Below, one piece after another: positions 22,470 through 37,369 of a DNA stretch of 64,000 nucleotides. Within the stretch, counting starts at the first letter, position 1; the number at the start of each line of letters is the position of its first letter. This DNA comes from Octopus sinensis. Lineage: Eukaryota. The notes under the pieces are model-generated. The model worked only from the letters and a program-made list of their open reading frames with translations. It did not search any database and was not told where the DNA came from. The DNA lies in assembly GCF_006345805.1 (NCBI RefSeq), contig NC_043004.1, positions 30,938,001 to 31,002,000 on the forward strand, in the 5' to 3' direction. Both the position numbers and the translations under genes were made by a program.

Positions 22470-23760
22470 TTGGTGCTTTTTACATGCCATAGGCATGGCC
22501 GGCCTCAACTGGTGCTTTTTACATGATACCAGCACTGGCATTGGCCATGGCATCGAGTTCACTCAGTTCAACAGGTCTTCACAAGCATAGCATATTGTCT
22601 GACGATTGGCGGGTGCTTTTAAATGAGCCAGTTATACAACACTGGCATCGACTATGACTACAATCTCATTTGGCTTGCCAGGACTTCTCCACCAGATAAA
22701 GGATCGAGGGACCCTATCAAAAGCTTTCTCCATGTCAACAAAAGCCAAGTACAGGGATATATTTTTGGCTAATTCTCCTACAGCTGTCTTACCAGAAATA
22801 TAGCATCAGTGCTGCTTCTCTTTGGCACAAACTCAAACTGCATCTAATCTAAACTAACTCTCTCCTTAATTAGTTGGGCTATGACCCTCTTGGTGACTTT
22901 CATCACCTGATCCAAAAATTTGATACATCTGTAATTATTTTTATCTAAGGTGTCACCTTTTCCTTTGTAGCAGTTAACTGTAGAGCTGCTACACCAGTCA
23001 TTGGGTATCACCTGGTTAACTATATGGGCGATTAGACTATAACCTATATCACCAGATATTTTAAGTATCTCAGTGGTGATTCCTGATGGGCGAGGTGCTT
23101 TTCCTGTTTTTATACCCTTAATTACTTTATCTACTGTCAATTCAGAGAGCTGGTCCTTCTGTTGGGTCAACATTCGGCAGATTCTCTTTCTCCCATTCAT
23201 TCTCTTCATTTAGCAACCTTTCATAGTGGCATCTCCAAGTCTTCCTCTTTGCAGCATCATTAAATGCAAGTGAACCATCATCCATGTGGACACATTTCTC
23301 TCCTATGACATCGCACATACTGTTTTGCAATTTGAAACACTTCAAATATCTGGTCCTCACAATGAAGGACATTGGCAAATTTCTTCTTTTCTGCTTCCCT
23401 TCTGGCTAAGTAAACCTCTCTCTTCCCTTCTAGCTATCTGATACAGTTCCCTGCTATCACCACACTTCCAGTCCTTCCATGCCTGTTTCTTTTCCCTAAT
23501 GACTTTGCACCAGCCACAGATATGGTCAGTGACCCTCAACAGGTTAACCCCTTAGCAATTTCCAGTTGTCCTCCATATTATGTGATGTTATATCATCCTC
23601 TTTTTTGTTAAAAGCTTCAAGTAATACATCACTAAATCTCTGTCCATTCAGAGGATCCTTAAGCTTCCAGACCCTTCTTTTCCACACTGGTCGTCTTCAG
23701 GGCAGCCATTTACTGGCAATAGCCGGCAGTAATTGTAATTGAGCTTCATGTACCTTTACA
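22470..23760 (-). mobile_element. Decayed RTE LINE (linker plus RT N-terminus fused to 3'UTR)
   Basis: KTGKAPRPSGITTEILK, NCYKGKGDTLDKNNYRCIKFLDQVMK, YLAFVDMEKAFDRVPR; then joins 3'UTR-type sequence near 22690. Confidence 0.85.
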
Positions 23761-23764
23761 TGTT

Positions 23765-24530
23765 ATTTAAGTCCTCTCACTGAATCACACTCCCTTCCAC
23801 ATGCCCGACAGATATGATTAGTATGGTGTGTAGCACCACCACCAGCAGCCTGATAGTCATCATTGGTCTCACTTTCTGACTACAAAGATGACTCTTGAGC
23901 CCAGCTTTACTGAGGCAGGGTCTTGCACAGACACTACATATTAGTGTCATAAGAAGACCCTTACCAACTGGAAGTGAAACAGCGTTGCCCTCCCTGACAT
24001 CCCTCCTCACTTTCTCATGCGCAACTCGATTTTTCTCAAAAGAAGCCATCCCCTCATGCACAATCCTTCTCCACCTGCTACGGTAAATAGCTATGCCCTC
24101 CCATGTGTCAGGAGAGATGCTAGCATCTTTCAAGGAAGCCTTCAGCAAGTCTTTATATCTCTTTTTTAGTTTATGTTGAGGTCATTCTCCTTTAGCTAAT
24201 TCTCCATAAAAGAGTTGTTTTGGCATCCTTGAGTCTTTCACCCTGACCAGATGATCACTCCATCTGAGCCTTTGCTTCAACACAAGAGCTTCTATATTTT
24301 CACACTGAGAGCCTTCTAATATCTCAAGATCACTGATGCGGTCCTCCCAATTGATGCCATAGATCCGTCTGAGACACATCTGATGGTAACATTCCAGCTG
24401 TTTAAGTTGGTATCAATATGTGACCCAGGTCTCGCAGGCACAGAGAAGAGAGCACACACGCCTTGTAAACCTTTATCTTTGTCTTCCTGCATATGTCTTG
24501 CTGACTCCAGTGGCAGCTTTCTAGCCTTCA
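23765..24530 (-). mobile_element. BovB-like RTE LINE 3' fragment
   Basis: CLRRIYGINWEDRISDLEIL, RLRWSDHLVRVKDSRMPKQLFYGEL, and a C-terminal CSVCARPCLSKAGLKSH zinc finger. Confidence 0.85.
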
Positions 24531-24583
24531 ATTATGGTTTTCCATTTTGCTAAATATTGCATACCATTGTCTCTTTTAATTTT

Positions 24584-24625
<42 letters not shown>

Positions 24626-24639
24626 TATATATAATATTA

Positions 24640-24750
24640 ATTCGAGACAAAACCACTATTTTGCAAAACAAACAAGGAAAGACTTAATCAATACATAAAA
24701 ATTTTAATATAAAATAAATAAACTGCCACTACAATCATTTCATGTCTTCA
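24640..24750 (-). mobile_element. Fragment of the 44751-45205 family truncated inside the hammerhead
   Basis: GAGACAAAACCACTATTTTGC... and CCACTACAATCATTTCATGTC (reverse complement GACATGAAATGATTGTAGTGG), bounded by (TA)n. Confidence 0.75.
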
Positions 24751-25308
24751 AATATATATATATATATATTGCATTACTTTCTGGCTCACCCTCATACAAG
24801 AAATAAAAAGGGAACAGGGAACAAAGCCTCTGGATATTAGTTGAATGAAGACTTTTGGTGTTGCAGATGATGACAGAAGACCAGCAAGGCCCCTGGTCAC
24901 CTCCCAGTCAGGTAACAACTCAAACCAGAGAGGCTTCATGCTCACAAGGAAATGACACTGGCAATTAGTAGTGAATATCAAAGTCGTTTCCTGATGAAAA
25001 AATGTACCATTGATGTAGATCAGTGAAGAATGTATCACTCACATAGAATATCTAGCCCCTACCTGAAAATAAGAGTTAGGCAGGCCCAGAGGCACAAGAT
25101 GAACTGAAGTTGGAAGGTACAGAAGCTGTTCTCTCTGCCAAGTGTAAGTTCAGAAAAGTACTGAGTGACATGTATTATGAGGAGGCGGTGGAGATAGATT
25201 TATAAACATATGCTTTAGATATAGATTCCAAACTAATATATGTGGTATGTATGTATGTATGTATGTATATATATATATATTTATAATAGGATTAGCTCGT
25301 ATACGAGT

Positions 25309-25348
<40 letters not shown>

Positions 25349-25439
25349 TATATATATAATATATATATATATGTATGTATATATATATACATATATATAT
25401 ATACATATATATACTTATATATATACATAAACACACACA

Positions 25440-26460
<1,021 letters not shown>

Positions 26461-26515
26461 CATGCAGCACACACACACATATATATATCATCATCATCAT
26501 CATTGTTTAACAGAA

Positions 26516-26546
<31 letters not shown>

Positions 26547-27202
26547 TATACGTATACGTATACATACATGCACACAAGTACACATGCACACAGGGGAAAG
26601 AGGGAGAGAAACTGGGAGAGAGGTTGAGAAAGTGGTAAGAGAAGGAGAAAAAGTGAGAGAAAGAGAGAGACAAACAGAGAGGCAAAGACAAGCTGACTTT
26701 GGTGGGAAAAAAAGAAATATTTTATTTAAAGCTAAGAACTCCAGTTATTTACAGAGTAATATGTTATATATTGTATTTGTATTGCATTTTATAGTAGAAT
26801 CTTTATAAAACATTTCCTCTACTGAATGTTTGAATAAAGAAACTTATTGAAAAAATTCAAAGGAAATAAATATACGCTTCCAGACATCTTTAGCAGTGAA
26901 CAATACCCATGAATATGATAATAATAAAAGTAGCAGCAACAACAACAATTATAAGCTCTATATTAATAAGTAGGTGTTTATTTTAGGTCATTAAGACATA
27001 CTTCCTGGTGCCGTACCACACCTATATCATAGTAATTGTTCAAGGAATATTGCATTATATCATAACAAAAACTTAAATGACTTCTCATTCATTTCCACCT
27101 TCACAACTAATTCTTTGCTTGCACCTATTACCACCACCACCATCATCATCAACGCTTTAATGTCCACTTTTTCCATTCTTGTATGGGTCGGACAGAGTTT
27201 AA

Positions 27203-27424
27203 CCCTTTAGCATTTAAACCGGCCATATCCGGCCAAAAATATTCAGCCTTTTTTTATGTTCAAACTAGCCATATCTGGTCTCTCACACCAACCCTACAAT
27301 ATTGTTTTAAAAATTAACAGTTACCTCATCGAAATCTCATAGCTACAAGATAATGCATGATTAATTCAAAACAATGTAGATGAAGAAGCATTAATTTTGG
27401 TAAAATAATGCAAACACTAAAGGG
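27203..27424. mobile_element. TTAA-flanked piggyBac-type MITE
   Basis: TTAA|CCCTTTAGCA...CACTAAAGGG|TTAA. Confidence 0.9.
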
Positions 27425-27719
27425 TTAAGGCATATTTTCTACAGTCTAATGCATGCTTCTGGAGCCAATCCTGATCTACTTCCAAGCAAGGGGTAATTGG
27501 AAATGAATGACACTGCTTGTATGACAGTGAAACTCACAACTGTCAATGCTCACAATCATGCACATATATGTACATACTTAGAGATAGACAGCTAGACAGA
27601 CACACAGACAGATGGACAGACAGATGGACAGACGGATGGACAGACGGACGGACAGTCAGATGGTCGGACAGTTAGATGGACAGACAGACAGATAGATAGA
27701 TTGATAGATATACAGAACA

Positions 27720-27855
27720 CACTTCTTTTAGTTTCTGTCTAGCAAATTTATTCACATGGCTTTGGTCAGCCCTAGGCTATAGTCGAAGACACTGTGTCCA
27801 AGGTAGCACACAATGTGACTGAACCTAGAACCATGTAATTGGGAAAGAAGCTTCT
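27720..27855 (-). mobile_element. SINE family B 5' part
   Basis: GGCTTTGGTCAGCC...GAAGACAC...CCAAGG...GAACCATG. Confidence 0.6.
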
Positions 27856-28249
27856 AAACCACACAACTACACCTGTGCAACAATGGATTGAAAAAAAATT
27901 AATAGAGCACCAGATAAAATTTCTGCAGTATTTACTTTGTAGCTTTAGGGTTTAAGTTCACAGGGCATGGGGGTTGACTTCATCTTTCCTTTTCCTCTGA
28001 ACAATTAGATTTTATCCAGAGAGGTTTTTCAATTCAATATTTACATGATGCTGTAATTTGTAGTTTTATGAATTTCAATATCCATTATTCAAAAAGGAAT
28101 TATTTCTCTTTCTCCCAAAAGTTTATAAAATGTCTATCATGCCAACTTATAAGCAATTGTTTCAATTTGTCCATTTTGACTAGTACTTAAGCATGAAACC
28201 TTTCTGTTCATACACACACACACACACAGGTGAGGATATAAGTGGAAAA

Positions 28250-28402
28250 CAAGGTGGAAAAAATAGTACTCGAATACCAAAGCTAGAGTAATATGCTTTT
28301 ATTAAAACTGCAAAATTATCACAAAAACTGTTACACAGAGTTTCACATTCCTGTTTGTTGGACAGTTGTGATCTTTGCAGCTTTAATAAAAGTATACATA
28401 CA
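28250..28402 (-). mobile_element. Second copy of the 12530-12760 family with a short inverted arm
   Basis: Minus ACTGT-CCAACAA-ACA-GGAA-TGT-GAA-ACTCTGTGT-A-ACAGT (28327-28366); 28374-28396 inverts 28292-28314. Confidence 0.75.
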
Positions 28403-28409
28403 TACCCTT

Positions 28410-28442
<33 letters not shown>

Positions 28443-28579
28443 ACACACACATGTATGTATATATGTATATACATACAGACACATATGTACAGTTTCCAAT
28501 TACTCCCACACTATCATTCATGACAGACTTTCCTCATTCTCTCTCTTTCTCTATCTCTCTCTCTTTCTCTCTCTCTTTT

Positions 28580-28610
<31 letters not shown>

Positions 28611-29131
28611 CAAAGACAAAATAAACCTCTGGTGCTAGTGAAAAGAGACAATATTATGTTGAGGGAGCCTCTGAATCCTGCCAGGGACAAAGGAACCACA
28701 CTAGTGTAGGTGCCACAATAACATGTACCTTCTACACTATATAATGTGGTTAGCAACATAGTACAGAGAAAACTCATTAGTCATGTTAAAGACATTACAA
28801 ATTCTTCAGTATCACTGAAGCTATAAAATGCAACAAGCATATCCCCTGTAAATGATGAATATAATGGCATTTGCCAAAGAAATCATGGTAAGGATATAAC
28901 CTGTTCAGTTTGTGGAAACATGTAAAATGAGGATGCTTGGTTTTATGTGAGAGTCAAACAGAAAATTGATACATAGTTATATATGTATTTTGTTTTTTAT
29001 TTTTGTTAATTCACACTATAACAGGAATTACAGATGGATCTACTGGTTTGCGGTAAAGCACATACTTGTTTAAGAAGTATTAGGAAAATCTAGCTACCTT
29101 GAGGACAAGATCTTCCACCACACAAACACAT

Positions 29132-29236
<105 letters not shown>

Positions 29237-29986
29237 AACACACACAAAACCAAACATATGTGAACATGTAATTTGCCTTCAAGACCAAAAAATAGGGCTA
29301 GATAGTAAGCAAAAATAAAATGTTGAATGTTAATCCTCAGAGTAAAAAAAAGATTTAATCTGAGCCCACTTTAACACCATCACCTGGTCCTTGGATACCT
29401 TTAGAGGTGACAACTTTGTTGATGGATTGTCAACTTGTCACCCAGTCTAACATCACCGACTAATTCTTGGGGATCTTTAGTGGAATAGACTTAGTTCCAA
29501 GCATTCAGTTCTATGCCACTGGGCTAAGATTAAACTTTCTCTCTTCCATCTACCAATTTCAGACACTATGTAATGAATCATGGGTGTTACTATTCTTCTT
29601 TTGACAAAGTCATTAAAAATATAATCCCAAATATTGGATCAGTTTAATTAATTCTACTTTCCTACAAAATGTATGGCCTCGTGTCAAAGTTCTGAGGTCA
29701 CATCTCACCATTTGCCTTCATCTTTTGTGGGATCAAAAAAATTAAGAATATGTCAGGAATTGCAGTCATCTCATGCCTATGTTATACACAATTGTTGTTG
29801 TTGGTAGTGATAACAGTGGTGGTGGTCGTTGTCGTCGTGGTACTACTACTACTCTGACAACCTCTGTGTTTTCTTGCTCTGAAGATTTGTATTTTTACCT
29901 TGTAAATAAAAGTAAATAAAAGTTTTGCTTTTTATCAAATTTGGATTATTTCCCAAGCAAAGAGACTTGTCTTACCTTTTTAAATA

Positions 29987-30052
<66 letters not shown>

Positions 30053-30761
30053 CCTTTCTTGTCTATTCAAATTTATAGGTATGGCCACTTCACAACAAAA
30101 TGGTTATACATGCCCTAAGAATACGAATGAACTCAAAATTACTATTCACAAATGAAAATAAAAAATAAAAACAAAAAGAATGTGAAGTACAAAGAGCAAA
30201 AGAGAACAACATCCACCCTTTAACAGAAAACAATAACATTGTACAGAATATTGTAAAATTTATAGAAACACTGACAACAACATCAACAACAATAGCAATA
30301 ACAACATCATTAATACACATTCTTGCCATTTGCCAAATGAGCACATAAAAGAGAATTAATATTTCAGTAGGAAACATTAATATAATAAACAAGTTTTAGA
30401 ATATCAACAATAAAAAATTATAACATTTACACACACTCACATTTTTCTCAAACAAATCTGCTTCAAATCTAGGTCCAATTCTACTTGTTTAAACAAACAA
30501 GTGCTTCATTTGGAACATTTAAGGAAGAGAACAGTTACATGGCAACATTATCTCATGAAAATGTATGCTTTTCTACCAAAGCAAAAGAGAAAAGAAAGGT
30601 GAGTTACCTGTGCCCTGCCATGATTATAGGGTCCATGTGTCTTCCAAAGAGTAATTAAAAGTAGCTCTTGATGACAGGCTGGAGTAAAATCAACATAAGG
30701 GTGGAGAGAGAGAGAGTACAAATAGTATAATAGGTATTACTTTCAAAACTGATGGACCAGA

Positions 30762-30930
30762 CAACATGTTGTGTTCTTGAGCAAAACACTTCATTTCCCG
30801 TTGCTCCAGTCCACTCAGCTGGCAAAAATGAGTAATGCTGCGATGGACTGGCGTCCCATTCAGCTGGGGAACACATATGCCATTGAAACCAGGAAACCGG
30901 GCCCATGAGCCTAGCTAGGCTTTAAAAGGG
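30762..30930 (+). mobile_element. SINE family D body and tail
   Basis: GTTGTGTTCTTGAGCAAAACACTTCATTTCCCGTTGCTCCAGTCCACTCAGCTG. Confidence 0.75.
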
Positions 30931-31087
30931 CACATTTATTTTTTTATACATGATACAGCTATTTATAAACTGGCCCCTTATTTTCATGGAGCAATAGGGG
31001 CAAGTGGTTAGTGCTGATGTGACTTTTAATGACATGGAGCTAGGTAAGGTCACTATGAACATATATGTCCTCATGACTCCATGTTGA

Positions 31088-31325
31088 GACACATGGCTTA
31101 GTGGATAAGGTGTTGGACTCATGATTGTAAGATTTTGGTTTTGTTTCCTATACCAGGCGATGTGTTGTGTTCTTGAGCAAAACACTTTATTTCAGGTTGC
31201 TCCAGTTCACTCAGCTGCCAAAAAGGAGCAATCCTGTCACAGACCAGTGTTCTGTCCAGGTAGGGAATATATATGTCATGGGAACTGGGAAACCAGCCCT
31301 TATCAGTCAATATGACTCAAGAAGG
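31088..31325 (+). mobile_element. tRNA-derived SINE family D
   Basis: TGGCTTAGTGG A-box, decayed B-box, TGTGTTGTGTTCTTGAGCAAAACACTTTATTTCAGG core. Confidence 0.75.
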
Positions 31326-31569
31326 AAACTTTACCATGACTCCACGTGACCACAAAACAATTTAAGAAGTGTGCCATGAAGTAGGTACCAGAAGAAAAGT
31401 TCTAGCACTGATTATTCAAAGCAAAAGAGATAAACTACCACATGTGCAACAGTAACACATGTACTGTCGCAGGTGGTAGTAATACATGTAGCAGGAAAAG
31501 CAACTATTTGCACATGTGTTAAAGTAACTGTTAAAGTAGCTACTGCATATGTAGCATAAAAAAATCATT

Positions 31570-32920
31570 TAAGACTTTCTGCTTGGAGGAAAAAAACAAA
31601 CAGTACCAGCAGTAGTGGCCTACAGAAGGTTGTGTTCCTAAGACAACAGGAAAACGTTGGAAAGGATCACCATATTTTGAATTCCAGGAGCTGACCAGGG
31701 CACCGAGGACCATTCCTCTGCCCATAACCATTGGTAACAGTGAGGAAAAGATGGAAGGACAACAACAACAAAAACAATACATTCCAAAAGAAAGTAGGCA
31801 AAAGAGAATCCCCATCCCTACTACACACACACACACACACATACATGGTAGCAGTATCAATCTATCCACTAATGAGACTGGTGAGGACTTGGAGGCATTT
31901 ATGGAAGACAAAAAATAAATGGCAAAGCCCTTCACCATTGAAAGATAAAGACAGACAGCAATCAAGAAGTGTAGGGAAGAGTCCAACAATGAGAAGGAAC
32001 TGCTTCTTTCAAAGTTGTTTACACGAGCATCAAAGATCTGATACAAGTAATTTAAACACAAAAAGTTAGTCAGACAAAGTGCTAACCAGTGAGGATTGAC
32101 ATCAGAGTACAAAGGTCCTTAAAAAAAGATAGGTTGTTGTTAAAATACACCAAGAGAATCCATGTTGTATGATATGTCAGTCCAGCTTCAAACATAGGAT
32201 CTTTCTGATCCACTCTAACCCATGAACTTTGCACCAATGATTCAGTCTTTATAAATAGATGGACAATTTAAAGTGGATAAATCATCAGGACCATGGGGAG
32301 AAGGCTTGATCAACACAGGTGACAGTTTTCCACTGTTATTTGGCAGAATACTAAATCCAGTTGATGATTTTCTGCATCTAAGCAGCTGGATAAGTTCAGC
32401 AAAAAAAAAGGGCATTGACATTAAAACTATCAAAGCCTGGGTGGCAATGAACGAAACAGGAAAGATATAGAAGTTAGATCTATGCAGAAAAATTAAAATG
32501 TCATTCGTCAGAACATCTGTTGTGTCAGTGTTGTTGTATGGATCAGGTTTATAGATCCTGATACAAGCACTTGAGAAGAAACTAGATGGTGATAAAACTT
32601 AAAGGTTTAGGGTTGTACAAAACATAAACTGGCATTAACATGCTAGAAATGAAAATTTATATGGAACCTTGCCCAGGATAACAACTACAATTGTTGAAAG
32701 ATGGTTACAGTTTGCCAGACATTGCTGGAGAAGTAGTTATACACAAGCTACTATTATGGAAACCAACTCACAGGAGACACAGTAGAGGAAGGCTTGCTTG
32801 AACTCTCATTGATCAACTCTCAGATGATACAAACCTCAGTGAGACGTTACTATGAGCAATGGTAAATCACAGATTGTGGAGAGATTGCCAGGAATGTTCA
32901 ACCATGGTTACAATGGTGAT
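31570..32920 (+). mobile_element. Decayed RTE-X-like LINE
   Basis: VDDFLHLSSWISS, KAWVAMN, VSVLLYGS, LEKKLDG, NINWH..RNENLYGTLP; many stops. Confidence 0.75.
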
Positions 32921-33229
32921 GACTTTATAACAAACTGAATCTTGTTTTACTTATTCTTGTTTTCTATTGTATTTCTTTAATTAATATCTGTAATCATTAC
33001 ATGTGTTTTACAAATTTTTATTTCATCCTTGTCTTTCTCCTCACTATTGCATAACTTGTTTGTCAACCTCACATGTCTTTGTTACCTCCTCACCACCACC
33101 ACTACCACCACTATGTATTTTGTCATTATTATTATCACTTCATTGTTTTCAGGAAATTTAATTTTCTTCCCATAAAATGGTAAAAGCTGCTTTCTATGCA
33201 TACAAAGCTGAACCTTTTCTAAAAATCCC

Positions 33230-33880
33230 AGTGAATTATTGCAACAATTTTATTGTATCTAAACATTTTATACTCATTTTGAGCAAACTATGGGTATTCA
33301 GATATAATGTGAACAAAAATCTTACATGTATCATTGCACATTCTACATGACAGTCTTGTGTATCTATCATACTCTTGATCCAAATTTCCTTTGGCAGTAT
33401 CTTTCTGAATTACTGAAAATCATTTCTTCTGCTTTTTTCTTCCATATTTCTTTCTTTAACAAAATCCAGCTATTATTGTCATCTCTTTAATCTTCCTCTT
33501 ATGTCTTTTTGAATAGAACTAAATGGAATTTCTTTCCTTCAGAATATGACTTCTATTTTCCCATATTTTCCTGCTTTTTACCTATGGTTTCTATTAACTC
33601 TATAAATATCCTTTCACTAAGAAATCCTTTTTTCGCATCCACAAAAAATTCTAGAGTTATTTTCTTTACTTCTTGTACCTCTTCACCAATCATTAACTCC
33701 CTTCCTTCTTCTACCCTTTCCCAGTATATATGGTCCACATCCGATGAGGTGGGGAGGTACACATTTCTGTACATTGTGAACAGCTCACTCATTTACTTGC
33801 TGATGTCTTTCAGTTCATCAACTCACTCTTCCTCTAATCAATGATATCCACCCCATACTTTATTAGTGATGCTACTCTCA
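33230..33880 (-). mobile_element. Decayed R4/Dong-like LINE, post-RT region
   Basis: LFTMYRNVYLPTSSDVDHIYWERVEEGREL matches the R4-clade HPxSDVDRLYxxRxEGGRGL pattern; decayed knuckle region downstream. Confidence 0.7.
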
Positions 33881-34779
33881 AATTGATTGCCTAAATGATA
33901 ATTCTTGCATTCAGTTTGAAACTTTAAAATCTTAATTCAACAAAGAGAGGTGAAAGTATTGCAGTGTGGTCAAGATGTTTGTTAACCACACAGTCTCATG
34001 TTCAGTAACACTTTGGATAAGTGCCTTCTACTATAGCCATGGACAGACCAGTGTCTTGGGAATGCTTTTCATTGATGGAAATTGATATGAAACCGGATAT
34101 GTGTGGGGTGGGGGGTACAATACGTAAGATTTACTGCATTTTTGACTTTGAGAAAATACTTATTTTCTCCAAATGTTCACTACCTTACAAAAACTGTATC
34201 AGCTAAGCAAATGAACTCCTCTAAATGCATTAAAAGCATATTCAGGACACTATTTCAGAAAATTAACTCCATTCTCTTTGAGCATGCAAATGACAAATTT
34301 AGCTGGGGCAAAATGAGTAAAACAAAATAAGGTAAATTTTCTTCTTCAATTTTCTTGAATTACATTCAAAAAAAGACTCGTACACATCACTATTCATCCT
34401 TAGACATCAGAAAGAGCAGAAATGAAAAAAAATTGTAAAATATCTTGGTCAAATTGGAAGAGGATCATGGGAAAATAGCACATGATATGAAATTAATGAA
34501 ACCCAATTAAATCGAAAAGCTTAAAATGAAATATTCTCTATAGCTTTTCCGGTATCTGCTGGAGTGGCCTTCTTTCTGATATAATTAAGCATCATCAGAC
34601 GAAATTATTGCAATTAGTGATGGTCTATAATTAGAAGAGCCTGTAATATTCCTGAAAATTAGGGTTAAACATTGTTTTTAAAGTTACTTGTGTATGTACA
34701 TGTGTGTGTGCATGTGTGTGTATGTGTGTATGTGTGTGTGCATGTGTGTGTGTGTGTATATCTTTGTATTTTTCTCCTT

Positions 34780-34950
34780 CATTGCTTGAAAACCCGATGT
34801 TAGTTTGTTTACATCCCCATCAGTCAGCAATGCAGCAAAAAGGGCCGATAGAATAAATACTGTAAAAGAAGTCCTGGGGTTGATTTCATTGAGTAAACCC
34901 TTCACTGTGGCACCACAGAACAAGGAATGAATCAAGTAAAAGTATGAAAC
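34780..34950 (+). mobile_element. SINE family B 3' part
   Basis: TGTTTACATCCCC...GCAAAAAGGGCCGATAGAATAAATAC. Confidence 0.55.
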
Positions 34951-35167
34951 AATAAAAAAAATCATAATCATCATCATCATTACCTTCTTCTTTTTCTTCT
35001 TTTCCTCCTCCTCTTTCTTCTTTCTCTGTTTCTTCTTTCTCTTGTGGCTCTTTCTCATTATCACCACTATCGTTATTAGCACCATCACCAACAACACCAC
35101 CATTACCATCATCATCATCATCATTGTCAACATCATAAATCTTATATTATTATCATTATTATAATTG

Positions 35168-36330
35168 CCTTTGCACAGCTTCTAACACCGGAGATGTTCT
35201 ACAGTATCAGCTGTTCACTACCAGTGAACTAAGGTAACACTTCTTATTTTTCGAGCACCTTCTGGAGAATTCGAGTAGTTCCAAGCAGTGCTGTTTTCTG
35301 CAAGTGCTCCACCCTTATTGCAGCCCCTATATTGTTCCATGTACTTCTCAAGATTTTTGCTCACTGTTCCCAGGGCTCCGACAGTTATTAGTACTACTGC
35401 TACCTTTTTCGTTGACCACAACTGCTTAACTTCCCAAGCTAACCTGTCATATCTCTCGATTTTTCTTTCTTCCTTATTGCATACCTTGTTGTTAGCTGGG
35501 CATGCTATATCTATGATCCAGCATAGTTTTCTACAACAACAATACTTGCTGCCTTGATCAAATTATTTGTTTCTGTGATGTTGTTTGTTCTGATGTATTT
35601 CAGATTTTCCTTGACATTTTTCGTTTCTTGGTTCAATTTCCATCAATCAACCTTTTTAAGGATGCAAATAATGTCGCTATCGTTCTCCTGTAGTCTTACC
35701 TGTATTCTGTCGTAGATTGCCTTTTGTTCATCTGTCATGTCGCCATTAGCTTTATTGTCTACTTTTAGATCATCTATATGTCTCTCATCAAGTAAACTAC
35801 CACTGCTCCTTTCCTGTGCTATGGGATTACTCTTATTAGTAAGAACTGTATTTTCATTGTTATCTCTGCTGCTATTTTCCATGACCCGTCTTTTGATAGC
35901 TTCAAGCTCTACTTCTGTGAACCAACAATTTTTTCTTATTGCTCTAGCTTGATCACATAGTCTCTGTTCCGTGAGTTGAAACAATCCCTTTTCTCTCCAA
36001 TGATTATACATACATTGTCGGTAACCCCTAATTTGAGCACCATTTTCATCTACCAGGCTGCTCAGGTAGTAACACTCCATGACCACAGCATTAATTTGCT
36101 TGCTCCAGCTACGCTGTGTGTGTGGTGTCCCTTTCTGGATATTGTAAGGCTGGAGCCAATCCAGAGTCTCTGAGCCTACCGGGTGTAACACTGTCACCAT
36201 CATTGGCATCAGTTTCATTACCACCGTCGTTCACAATATTTTGTTTTTTCATTGTCACTTATATGAGGTAGAGATTATCAGGTTCACAATTACCAGTGTT
36301 TTTATTGTGACACCATCACTAGATGTATCA
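35168..36330 (-). mobile_element. Internally deleted R4/Dong LINE (N-terminus fused to RLE C-terminus, RT missing)
   Basis: VMECYY...GYRQCMYNHW...TEQRLCDQARAIRKN N-terminus; CWIIDIACPAN...LWSTKKVAVVLITVGALGTVSK...LQKTALLGTTRIL C-terminus; TAA-rich flanks on the minus strand. Confidence 0.85.
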
Positions 36331-36416
36331 TTCTAAGAACACTACCATTTCTCTCTGTGCGGTCATAGAAAAGACCATATTTAGTAACTCTTAAAACTTT
36401 ACTATTATTATTATTA

Positions 36417-36630
36417 AGGCAGTGAGCTGGCAGAACCATTAGCATGCTGGGCAAAATGCTTAGTCATATTTCGTCGGTCTTTGCATTCGGAGTTCAAATT
36501 CCACTGAGGTCAACTTTGCATTTCATCCTTTTGGAGTTGATAAATTAAGTACCAGTAAAACATTGGGGGAGGGGTCGATGTAGTCGACTAGTCCCCTCCC
36601 ACAAAATGTGCTTATAGTAGAAAGGATTAT
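36417..36630 (+). mobile_element. SINE family A within (TAT)n
   Basis: Full head and Nin-like domain, (TAT)n on both sides. Confidence 0.85.
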
Positions 36631-37369
36631 TATTATTATTATTAGTAGTAGTAGTAGTAGTAGTAGTTTATCTTAGTATTTGCATATATTCCCTAGAATA
36701 CTATTCCTCAAATTTGTATTAATGCATTCAAATCAACACATCAGTATTAGTTTCATGCTTTGTTTATTCAATCTGTCCCCCAAAACATGAATATAAATGT
36801 TCAAATACACAGACAGACAGACAGACTGATAGCGAGATAGACAGAGAGAGAGAGACAGACAGAGAGATGTAATTATAGATGTAGATATATGAGAGTGGTA
36901 TAGTTAGTAATATTCATTATGTGATATTGTTATTATAAACTACTCGTTGCAATAAACAAAAATAATCTCAACTTGTAATTATGCATATATATATATCTGT
37001 GTGCGCATCTACAAATATGTGTGTGCGTAGTAACCTAAGAATCCATAAGTCAGAAAAAGATAGGTATTCGTATATTTGTTAATAGAGGTGGGTATATTAA
37101 CCAAAGTATGCAGTATTATCGATCTATTTCAACTGATCTTACCAACTGGTTTCACAATGGGTATTAAACAAGATGTGAGAAAACAGCAAGATTAGATAAT
37201 ACAGCATGCTTGTCAGAGCTGGCAGGTATGGAAAAAAACCTTGGGCAACTGTTCTTTTGTTATTTAGTATCTGGTTTAATACCTAATTTGAAACTGATTC
37301 AGAAGATTGGTCATAATGGATATACAACACTGTACAGTTTGATTAATATATGTATGTATGTATATGTAA

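Noticed and set aside
24867-24911. 45 nt AG...GT candidate exon
   Set aside because: Weak polypyrimidine tract, no recognisable peptide, no supporting neighbouring exons.
34575-34610. Minus-strand CTGATGA...GAAA
   Set aside because: Stems I and III cannot be formed.
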